Below are positions 54,328 to 62,316 of a stretch of 64,000 bases of DNA, in pieces (position 1 is the stretch's first letter; the number at the start of each line of letters is the position of its first letter). The DNA is from an uncultured Erysipelotrichaceae bacterium (GTDB taxonomy: Bacteria > Bacillota_I > Bacilli_A > RF39 > UBA660). The stretch lies in NCBI GenBank assembly GCA_902798815.1, contig CADBYH010000004.1:9610-73609 (forward strand), given 5' to 3'. The notes under the pieces were generated by a model that was not told the DNA's origin, made no database searches, and saw only the letters and a program-made list of their open reading frames with translations. The translations under genes were made by a program, and so were the position numbers.

Positions 54328-55419
54328 ATGAATACAATTAAGGAATTGTCTTCTAGTTTGGAACAAGAAATAAAAAAGAGTTCTGATATATTTATTATTG
54401 GACATAATGGTCCAGATTTTGATTCGATTGGTTCTGCGATAGGATTGTATAACATGGCAAATCATTATAATAAAAAAGCATATATAGTAGTTGATGATGA
54501 AGATTCAAAATTGGAAGCAGGAGTAAAGGCAATTATTGATGAGACTAAAGATACAATTAAATATGTAAAGAAAAGTGATGTACTTGAAAAAGTTAATTCA
54601 AAATCATTATTACTTGTTACAGATACTAATAAAAAAAATATGATTGCTTTAGGAGATTCTTTAGATAAGTTCAAAAGAGTATTTGTTATTGATCATCATG
54701 GAGAAGATAAAAATACAATATCTACAGAATATTCATATATAGATTTAGGAGTTTCATCTGCTTCTGAAATAGTTGCTAGAATATTAAGTTATTGTAAGGT
54801 TCCATATGATAGTAGTATTTCAAATTATTTACTTGCTGGTATAAGTTTGGATACTAAAAGATTTAAAATCAATACAACAGATGCTACACATGATATTGCA
54901 AGAAGATTAATTAGACACGGAGCAAATATAGATTATGTTAATAGTTTATCATTGCAGGCTTTTGATAGTTATTGTAGAATTAGTAGTTTAATTATTAATG
55001 GAACAGTAATTATGAAATATTCAGAATCTCTTATTGCACCGATACAAGTTTCTTTTACGATAAATAGAAATGCACCATCTACAATATATGCAAAAGAAGA
55101 TTATGCTAAAGCAGCTGATCAGATGATGAAATTCCAAGGAATTGATGCATCTTTTGCACTTGGTTATGTTGAAGAAGGGATTGTTCATATTTCTGCTAGA
55201 GGTACAAAGAAAGTAAATGTTGGAAATATAATGAAATCTGTAGGTGGAGGAGGTAATCCTCAAAGTGCTGGAGGAAGAATTAAAACTGATGACATTTTTG
55301 CTTTGGAACATCAATTGATGGATAATGTTTCATTAGGTTTAGCAGACAGCGAAGAATTGAAAGAAGAACCTATAACTGTAAAAGTAAAACAATTGAAAAA
55401 AAATAAGAAAGAAAAGTGA
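54328..55419 (+). CDS. DHH/DHHA1-family phosphoesterase (NrnA/GdpP catalytic-domain type)
   Basis: Motifs GHNGPDFDSIGS, VTDTN, IDHH and a DHHA1 motif reading GGGNPQSAGG. Confidence 0.8.
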   Translation: MNTIKELSSSLEQEIKKSSDIFIIGHNGPDFDSIGSAIGLYNMANHYNKKAYIVVDDEDSKLEAGVKAIIDETKDTIKYVKKSDVLEKVNSKSLLLVTDTNKKNMIALGDSLDKFKRVFVIDHHGEDKNTISTEYSYIDLGVSSASEIVARILSYCKVPYDSSISNYLLAGISLDTKRFKINTTDATHDIARRLIRHGANIDYVNSLSLQAFDSYCRISSLIINGTVIMKYSESLIAPIQVSFTINRNAPSTIYAKEDYAKAADQMMKFQGIDASFALGYVEEGIVHISARGTKKVNVGNIMKSVGGGGNPQSAGGRIKTDDIFALEHQLMDNVSLGLADSEELKEEPITVKVKQLKKNKKEK

Positions 55420-55438
55420 GATACTTTTCTTTTTTTTT
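55411..55438 (+). terminator. intrinsic terminator overlapping the DHH gene stop
   Basis: GAAAAGT-gagat-ACTTTTC followed by TTTTTTTTT. Confidence 0.65.
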
Positions 55439-55463
55439 GAATAATAAAAATGGAGGTGGTTTT

Positions 55464-56147
55464 ATAACTTTTGCATATCGACATAGAAAACAAATAATAA
55501 TAGGAGTTATTTGCTTTGTTGTGCTTATAGGTGTTGTTTGTTTAATACTATTTTATTGTTTTAAAACTGGTGTATTTGAAAAGGATAAAAATGATGATTT
55601 AGTATTAGAAGATAAGATTGATAAGAAAGATAATAATACGGATAATAAGTATTATAAAGTTGATATTAAGGGGGAGATTGTTAATCCTGGTATATATGAA
55701 TTAAAGATAGATTCTAGGGTTATTGATGTTATTAATGCAGCTGGTGGTTTAACAGAAAATGCTGATACCTCAGTTATTAATCTGAGTAAAAAGATAAATG
55801 ATGAAATGGTTATAATTATATATAGTAGAGAACAAGTTAAGGATTTTGAAAAGACAAAAGAAATTGAAAAACAGGTTTTAGATAAATGCAGTGAACTTGA
55901 TGAGAATTCATTAAAAAATGATGCTTGTATTGATAGCAGTAATAATAAGCATACTGGTAAAGTTAATATTAATACTGCATCGCTTGAAGAATTGATGTCA
56001 TTAACTGGAATTGGTGAAGCAAAAGCAAAAGATATTATTAAATATAGGGAAGATAATGGAGGATTTAAAACAATAGAAGATTTACTTAAAGTTTCTGGAA
56101 TAGGAGATAATACATTTGCTAGTATTAAGGAAAATATTACTGTGTGA
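55464..56147 (+). CDS. comEA: competence protein ComEA (DNA receptor), probable non-canonical ATA start
   Basis: TM, an SLBB-like segment (VDIKGEIVNPGIYEL) and two HhH motifs (LMSLTGIGEAKAKDII; LLKVSGIG). GGAGGTG at 55452-55458 lies 5 nt before the in-frame ATA. The GTG at 55416 lies inside the terminator hairpin. Confidence 0.8.
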   Translation: MTFAYRHRKQIIIGVICFVVLIGVVCLILFYCFKTGVFEKDKNDDLVLEDKIDKKDNNTDNKYYKVDIKGEIVNPGIYELKIDSRVIDVINAAGGLTENADTSVINLSKKINDEMVIIIYSREQVKDFEKTKEIEKQVLDKCSELDENSLKNDACIDSSNNKHTGKVNINTASLEELMSLTGIGEAKAKDIIKYREDNGGFKTIEDLLKVSGIGDNTFASIKENITV

Positions 56148-58149
56148 TATTTTATATATTTTTATATTTTTGTTAGTGCTTTTGATTTCTTTTTTTAGAA
56201 TTAATTATCATTATAAATCAGAATATGATTCTAAATCTAAATATGCAGTTGGCATAGTAAATAGAATTTACTATGATAAAGATAGAATTACTATTTATTT
56301 AAAAAACAAAGAAAATTTATTAGTTACTTATTATTCTAAAAAAAATATAGATATAAAACTAGGTGATGTTATAAAAGTATTTGGAGAATTTGATGCTCCA
56401 AATAATAACACAACAAAATATCTTTTTAATTATAAAAAATATTTAAGTCGTAGAAAGATATTTTATATTATAAAAGCAAGAAAAATAGTTATACTAAGTA
56501 AAAATAAGAATCTGTTTTATTTTATCAAACAATTAGTGATAAATAATCTTGATGGTAATCCATATCTTTATACATTTTTATTAGGAGATAAGACTTTTGT
56601 TAATAAAGATGTTATGAGGAGTTATCAAGAAAATGGAATTAGTCATTTGTTTGCTATAAGTGGGATGCATATTACTTTATTATCATCAATTATTAATAAA
56701 TTAATTAAAGGCAGAGTGTCTTCTTTAACTGCTTTTAAGATTACTTCTATATTTTTGTTAGTGTATTTATTATTGGTAGGATTTTCTCCTTCTATATTAA
56801 GAGGCGTTCTTTTCTATATTTTATTTAATATTAATAAAATATATTATTTTTATATAAAACAGACTAATATTTTTTTATTTATAATTTCAATTTCTTTATT
56901 AATAAATCCATATTATATTTTTGATATTGGTTTTCAATATTCTTATTTAATTAGTTTTTCTCTTATTATGTTATCTGATATTATTTCTTCTAAAAATTAT
57001 TTTATTTCCTTGTTTAAGACATCATTAGTTTCTTTTTTTGTATCTATTCCAATTTCAATTTATAACTATTATCAATTAAATTTATTAAGTATCTTATATA
57101 ATTTGATTTTTGTTCCAATAGTTAGTTTAATTCTATTTCCAATGAGTTTATTAGTTTTTATTTTTAAACCTTTCCTTGGATTATATAATTTTTTAATATT
57201 TATGTTAGAAAAGTTATCTTTATTTTTTAGCAATGTTTCTATCGGTAAAATAGTTTTTAAAAGACTTCCATTATGTATTTATTTAATTTATTTTTTTATT
57301 ATAATTTTCTATATTTTATTTAAAAAGAAAAGGTATGTCTTTGTATTATTATTGTTTTTGTTTTTTCATAGTTTTATTTCTTTTTTTGATTATTCAAATT
57401 ATGTTTATTATTTAGATGTTGGTCAGGGTGATGCGACATTTATTAGGTATAATAGAAAAAGTATTTTAATTGATACAGGTGGAAAGATAAGTAATGAGGG
57501 AGAAGTTTTTAATAATATTATTTTTCCCTTTCTAAAATCAAATGGTATTAAAAAGTTAGATTATTATATTATTACACATGGAGATTATGATCATATGGGA
57601 GAGTCAATTAATTTAGTAGAAAACTTTAAAGTAGAGAAAGTTATATTTAATTGTGGTAAATATAATTATTTAGAAAAAGAATTAATTAAAGTATTAGATA
57701 AGAAAAATATAAAGTATTATTCATGTATTAGTAAACTAGATAATTTATATTTTTTAAATACAAAAGAATATGATAATGAAAATGATAATAGTAATGTTAT
57801 TTATACAAAACTTAATGGTTATAAATTTATGTTTATGGGAGATGCATCGGTCACTACTGAAAAAGAAATACTAAATAAATATAATCTACCAGATATAGAT
57901 GTATTAAAAGTAGGACACCATGGAAGTAAGACAAGTAGTGATAAAGATTTTATTAATGAAATAAATCCTAATTATTCCATTATCAGCGTTGGGAAGAATA
58001 ATAGATATGGACATCCAAATAAAGAAGCATTAAAAAACTTAAAAAATTCTAAAATATATAGAACAGACGAAGATGGTAGTATTATGTTTAAAATTAAAAA
58101 TAATAAATTAAAGATTGAGACTTGTAGTCCATATAAAGGAGTAATATGA
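56116..58149 (+). CDS. comEC: DNA internalization competence protein ComEC/Rec2
   Basis: Competence domain (LFAISGMHITLL, multi-TM) and C-terminal metallo-beta-lactamase domain (LDVGQGDA, HGDYDH, VGHHGSKTSS). Confidence 0.9.
   Translation: MLVLRKILLCDILYIFIFLLVLLISFFRINYHYKSEYDSKSKYAVGIVNRIYYDKDRITIYLKNKENLLVTYYSKKNIDIKLGDVIKVFGEFDAPNNNTTKYLFNYKKYLSRRKIFYIIKARKIVILSKNKNLFYFIKQLVINNLDGNPYLYTFLLGDKTFVNKDVMRSYQENGISHLFAISGMHITLLSSIINKLIKGRVSSLTAFKITSIFLLVYLLLVGFSPSILRGVLFYILFNINKIYYFYIKQTNIFLFIISISLLINPYYIFDIGFQYSYLISFSLIMLSDIISSKNYFISLFKTSLVSFFVSIPISIYNYYQLNLLSILYNLIFVPIVSLILFPMSLLVFIFKPFLGLYNFLIFMLEKLSLFFSNVSIGKIVFKRLPLCIYLIYFFIIIFYILFKKKRYVFVLLLFLFFHSFISFFDYSNYVYYLDVGQGDATFIRYNRKSILIDTGGKISNEGEVFNNIIFPFLKSNGIKKLDYYIITHGDYDHMGESINLVENFKVEKVIFNCGKYNYLEKELIKVLDKKNIKYYSCISKLDNLYFLNTKEYDNENDNSNVIYTKLNGYKFMFMGDASVTTEKEILNKYNLPDIDVLKVGHHGSKTSSDKDFINEINPNYSIISVGKNNRYGHPNKEALKNLKNSKIYRTDEDGSIMFKIKNNKLKIETCSPYKGVI
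57579..57617 (+). repeat. 39-bp perfect direct repeat, left copy (inside comEC)
   Basis: tggagattatgatcatatgggagagtcaattaatttagt is identical at 59391-59429. Confidence 0.9.
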
Positions 58150-59036
58150 ATTATTATAATGAAATAAAGAATAAAATAATTGATAATGAAATATATTCTA
58201 AAGTAAAAGACTATTCAAAAGAAAGATACAAAGTTATTACATATTTTGAAATAGGAAAATTATTAAATGAAGTAGGAGGAAAATACGGAGATAATATTAT
58301 AGAAGAATATTCTAAAAAGTTAGTTATTGAAGTTGGTAAAAAGTATAATAGAAGAACTTTATTTAGAATGAAGAAATTTTATAATGTATTTAGCAATGAG
58401 AAAGTGACAACAATGTTGACACAATTAACTTGGTCACATTATTTGTTATTATTATCTATAAGTGATTATGATGAAATAATATATTATATAAATATATCTA
58501 AAAATAATAATTTAACTCAAAGACAATTACAAGAAAAAATAAAAAGTAATGAATATAAAAGAATACCTATTGAATCAAGAAACAAACTAAACAAAAATGA
58601 AATTCTTAGTCCAAACGATTTAATTCCTAATCCAATAATAATTAAAAATAGCTATAATTACGAAAATATATCAGAAAATGCATTACAACGACTAATACTT
58701 GAGGATATTCCAACATTTTTGAAAGAATTAGGTAATGGATTTACATTTCATGATAATGAATATAAGATTAAAATAGGCGATAGATATAATTATATTGACT
58801 TGCTCCTTTACAATATTAAATACAAGTGCTACGTAGTAGAAGAACTGAAAGTAACTGAATTAAAGAAAGAGCATACAGGACAGATTATGACTTATATGAA
58901 TTACATTAATAAGAATATAAAAACCATTGAGGAAAATGATACAGTAGGTATTATAATTTGCAGACAAGATAATGAGTATGTTATAAAATATTGTTCTGAT
59001 GATAGGATAATTGCTAGAGAATATGAGTTAGTGTGA
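58146..59036 (+). CDS. YhcG/DUF1016-type PD-(D/E)xK nuclease-domain protein
   Basis: N-terminal FEIGKLL...YGDNIIEEYSKKL...LTWSHY pattern. C-terminal IDLLLYNIKYKCYVVEELKV (D...E-x-K core). The ATG overlaps the comEC stop (ATGA), with AAAGGAG upstream. Confidence 0.7.
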   Translation: MNYYNEIKNKIIDNEIYSKVKDYSKERYKVITYFEIGKLLNEVGGKYGDNIIEEYSKKLVIEVGKKYNRRTLFRMKKFYNVFSNEKVTTMLTQLTWSHYLLLLSISDYDEIIYYINISKNNNLTQRQLQEKIKSNEYKRIPIESRNKLNKNEILSPNDLIPNPIIIKNSYNYENISENALQRLILEDIPTFLKELGNGFTFHDNEYKIKIGDRYNYIDLLLYNIKYKCYVVEELKVTELKKEHTGQIMTYMNYINKNIKTIEENDTVGIIICRQDNEYVIKYCSDDRIIAREYELV

Positions 59037-59063
59037 TATAATGTAGATAGGAGGTGTTATATA

Positions 59064-59303
59064 ATGTTACCATTTGGATATAATCCAGAAAATTATGGAG
59101 GCAAAATTTGGTGGAATGATAAAAATCCTAAAATGAGAGAAATATGGGGAACTCAAGAAGATTATGATAATTTTAAAAAGAATGGTGGTACTTGGCAACA
59201 ATATGAACAAATAGCTCGAAATAGAATTGCAAGTAAAAAAACACAAGCAAGTAATATTTCAATTCATGAAATAGAAGAAAAACCTTCCATTAAGACAAGA
59301 TAA
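59064..59303 (+). CDS. hypothetical Trp-rich 79-aa protein
   Basis: AGGAGGTG RBS, terminator downstream. Confidence 0.6.
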   Translation: MLPFGYNPENYGGKIWWNDKNPKMREIWGTQEDYDNFKKNGGTWQQYEQIARNRIASKKTQASNISIHEIEEKPSIKTR

Positions 59304-59316
59304 AGAACGTAAGAAC

Positions 59317-59340
59317 AAAGAACGTATTAGTTCTTTTTTT
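59317..59340 (+). terminator. intrinsic terminator
   Basis: AAAGAAC-gtatta-GTTCTTT followed by a T-run. Confidence 0.65.
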
Positions 59341-59390
59341 CTTTTTAAACAAAGCTATTTCGCTAATGTGAGAAATAACTAATCACCACC

Positions 59391-59429
59391 TGGAGATTAT
59401 GATCATATGGGAGAGTCAATTAATTTAGT
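59391..59429 (+). repeat. 39-bp perfect direct repeat, right copy
   Basis: Identical to 57579-57617. Confidence 0.9.
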
Positions 59430-59708
59430 TAATAATTTTAAAGTAGAGAAAGTGATATTTAATTGTGGAACATATAATGATTTAGAACAAGAATTAATTA
59501 ATGCTTTAAATAAGAAAAAGATTAAATATTATTCGTGTATCAAAGAATTAAATATAGATAATAACAAATTATACTTTTTACAGACAAAAGAATATGATAA
59601 TGAAAATGATGATAGTATTGTTATATATATAGAACTAAATGGATATAAGTTCATGTTTATTGGAGATACTGGAGTAGAGAAAGAAAAAGATATTTAAAAA
59701 AATATAAT
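59392..59708 (+). pseudogene. comEC: relic of a second comEC metallo-beta-lactamase segment (5'- and 3'-truncated, premature stop)
   Basis: GDYDHMGESINLVNNFKVEKVIFNCGTYNDLEQELINALNKKKIKYYSCI...NGYKFMFIGD parallels ComEC HGDYDHMGESINLVENFKVEKVIFNCGKYNYLEKELIKVLDKKNIKYYSCI...NGYKFMFMGD. A TAA lies just upstream, an in-frame TAA sits at 59695, and nucleotide similarity fades by about 59708. Confidence 0.8.
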
Positions 59709-59750
59709 ATTTGTTATAATATTATTGCATATTACTTAGGAGGTTTTCAT

Positions 59751-61235
59751 ATGAATGAAAATTTTATTGCAAAATTACAAACAAATAACTTTTTAATAGG
59801 AAGTTTTGATGCTTACATAGACTTATCAAAAGAATTAATAAAAAATAATTCAAATATTTCTAATGAAGAAATAGAAACAATTCTAAAAAGTATGCCTACT
59901 ACTTATAGATCTGCCGTTACTAATAAAAATGGTGACTATATTGGGTATATAGGTTTATATAATATTGATGCTAAGAATAATATTTCATCAATAAGATTTG
60001 AAGTAATTTGTGAATTATCAGAAGAGGATAAAGATGAAATATTAAATGAGTATAAAAAGTATTTATTTGATTCATTAAATATAACGGAAATAGAAGAATT
60101 TGTATATATTACTAATAAACAAATAGAAGTAGAAAAAAAGGAGATTGTTCCTAGTAGTAATATTATAATACCGAATGAACTTTTAATTCCAGGAATAACA
60201 GAAGAAGATTTGGAAAAATTTTCACAAGATTATGAGATTCCAAAGTTACAACTACCATTTACGATAAAGAGCAACGATAGAACTATAGGGATTATAGGTC
60301 TAAGTAGTTTAATTTGGTCAAATAAAAGAGCTAGTTTAAATATATTTTTAGATAAAGAACTAGGCGATGATGTATCAAGAGAATTGTCAGGATATATAAT
60401 AGATGATTATATCAATTTTGTTCATAATTCTAATGTACATAATATAACATTATCAGTTAATGGTAGTAATAAAAATATGTTAGAGATCTTAAATAATACT
60501 GGCATGAATTATTATGGTCAGATTCCATTTTCTGCAATTAATGGTAATAATATTGAATCAAATTTAATGTTTCAACATATACCAAATATGAAAAAAGAAA
60601 GAGGCATTCTAATTCCTGATAATAATTCAATTTCTCTTTCTTCGTTAGATACAGATAAAAAAGAATTATCAGAAAAAATAGACTTAGGCAATGGATTTAA
60701 AATGATTTCTCCTAAAATTTTTGAAAAAGAAGGGATAGATTCTAACATCGTTTTACAAGCACATATAAAAGCAATGCAAAATAGAGACGGATTTACGATA
60801 CCTTTAGGGGAAGATAAATACTTTTTACAAAAAGGCAATGGAAATTATGGAATATCTAAAGCATTAATGAATTATAGTTATGTTGTTTTAGATGAAAATA
60901 ATAATTATGCTGGATATATCAATATTTTAAGAAGTAATGCTAATGGTAAAAACGTAGAAGTTGAAATTGGTATTGATCCAAGAATACAACATAAGGGTCT
61001 AGGTACTGTTGTAATTAATAGATTTTATGATGAACTTTTCTCAACTGGTGTTGCAAGTGTTACTAGTTCTGTTTTTGGATTTAATAATCCATCTATAAGA
61101 TTACATGAAAAAGTTGCTGAATTAAATGGTATAAGATTAGAGTCATATTATATCAATGGAAAATTATGGGATATGAATATTTATTCTAAAACAAATGATA
61201 TTATAGAAAAAAGTTCTTTAGGAATACATTTTTAA
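59751..61235 (+). CDS. multi-GNAT-like protein (C-terminal RimJ/RimL-type acetyltransferase domain; two degenerate upstream repeats)
   Basis: C-terminal IGIDPRIQHKGLGTVVINRFYDELF...NPSIRLHEKV. Upstream GNAT-like strands GYIGLYNIDAKNNISSIRFEV and IGIIGLSSLIWSNKRASLNIFL. Confidence 0.65.
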   Translation: MNENFIAKLQTNNFLIGSFDAYIDLSKELIKNNSNISNEEIETILKSMPTTYRSAVTNKNGDYIGYIGLYNIDAKNNISSIRFEVICELSEEDKDEILNEYKKYLFDSLNITEIEEFVYITNKQIEVEKKEIVPSSNIIIPNELLIPGITEEDLEKFSQDYEIPKLQLPFTIKSNDRTIGIIGLSSLIWSNKRASLNIFLDKELGDDVSRELSGYIIDDYINFVHNSNVHNITLSVNGSNKNMLEILNNTGMNYYGQIPFSAINGNNIESNLMFQHIPNMKKERGILIPDNNSISLSSLDTDKKELSEKIDLGNGFKMISPKIFEKEGIDSNIVLQAHIKAMQNRDGFTIPLGEDKYFLQKGNGNYGISKALMNYSYVVLDENNNYAGYINILRSNANGKNVEVEIGIDPRIQHKGLGTVVINRFYDELFSTGVASVTSSVFGFNNPSIRLHEKVAELNGIRLESYYINGKLWDMNIYSKTNDIIEKSSLGIHF

Positions 61236-61408
61236 ATATATATAGGAATTATCGAACAGGTAATTCTTTTTGTTTGCAAATAAAAATATTAAATAATAAA
61301 ATTAATTGGTTTGATCAAACTTATATTTTACAAAAATATGTTAAATTTATTGAATAACCTAGACTTTTAATTATTATTTAGATACAATTTATTTAGGTGG
61401 TGGTTAAT

Positions 61409-62311
61409 TTGAAAAAGATAAAAGATATGTATGATTCAGATTTAACTTCCTTAACGCATTCTTTTCAAGATGCATGTAGTGATAAAGAGTTCAAAAAATA
61501 TGTATATAGTTTAGGTATAAAAGAAGATGTTTTAATTAAATATACATCAAGTCTACAAGATAGTTATTTAGAGTATGTGAATTGTTGTAATTGTCCGGGA
61601 CTTGAATCTTGTAAAAATAATGAAAAGGGTTATATTTATACACCTAGTTCTAAAGGTGAGATTATTACTTTTTCATATGATGCATGTAATCTGATGAAAA
61701 AGAAAAATAAAGATGAACAATATAAAGAAAATTTAAGTGTATTTGATATGAATGAGGATATCAAAAATGCTTCGTTTAAAAACATATATAAAGATGATAA
61801 GTTGCGAGTCCCGATTATTAAATATTTCAAAGAATTTATTGATAGTTATAAAAAAGATGAAAATCCAAAAGGTTTATATTTACATGGATCATTTGGATCG
61901 GGGAAAACATATTTAGTTGCAGCATTGTTTAACGAGATGGCAAAAAAAGGAATAAAAAGTGCATTAATATATTATCCAGAGTTTTTAAGAGAACTTAAAG
62001 CATCATTTCAATCAGATTATGATGAAAAGTTTAAGTATATTAAAAAAATCCCTCTGTTACTCTTTGATGATATTGGAGCAGAAAATTGTAGTAATTGGTC
62101 AAGAGATGAAGTCTTAGGTCCTATACTTCAGTATAGAATGGAAAATCATTTACCTACCTTTTTTACGTCAAATCTTTCAGTAGAAGAATTGGAAGATGCT
62201 CTATCAGTTACATCATCAGGAGTAGATAAATTAAAGGCAAGGAGAATTGTTGAAAGAATTAAACAATTGACAGTTTCTCAAGAGTTGGTTAGTAAAAACA
62301 GGAGGGAATAG
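61409..62311 (+). CDS. dnaI: DnaI-like helicase loader (AAA+ DnaC/IstB family)
   Basis: N-terminal Cys cluster CCNCPGLESC, Walker A GSFGSGKTYL, Walker B LLLFDDIGAE. TTG 61409 follows TAGGTGGTGG. Confidence 0.75.
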   Translation: MKKIKDMYDSDLTSLTHSFQDACSDKEFKKYVYSLGIKEDVLIKYTSSLQDSYLEYVNCCNCPGLESCKNNEKGYIYTPSSKGEIITFSYDACNLMKKKNKDEQYKENLSVFDMNEDIKNASFKNIYKDDKLRVPIIKYFKEFIDSYKKDENPKGLYLHGSFGSGKTYLVAALFNEMAKKGIKSALIYYPEFLRELKASFQSDYDEKFKYIKKIPLLLFDDIGAENCSNWSRDEVLGPILQYRMENHLPTFFTSNLSVEELEDALSVTSSGVDKLKARRIVERIKQLTVSQELVSKNRRE

Positions 62312-62316
62312 GTATA

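Noticed and set aside
61309-61320. Perfect 12-bp palindrome GTTTGATCAAAC upstream of the dnaI-like gene as an operator or DnaA-related site
   Set aside because: It is a single copy, does not resemble the DnaA box consensus, and has no partner site. A palindrome of this length can arise by chance in an AT-rich intergenic region.
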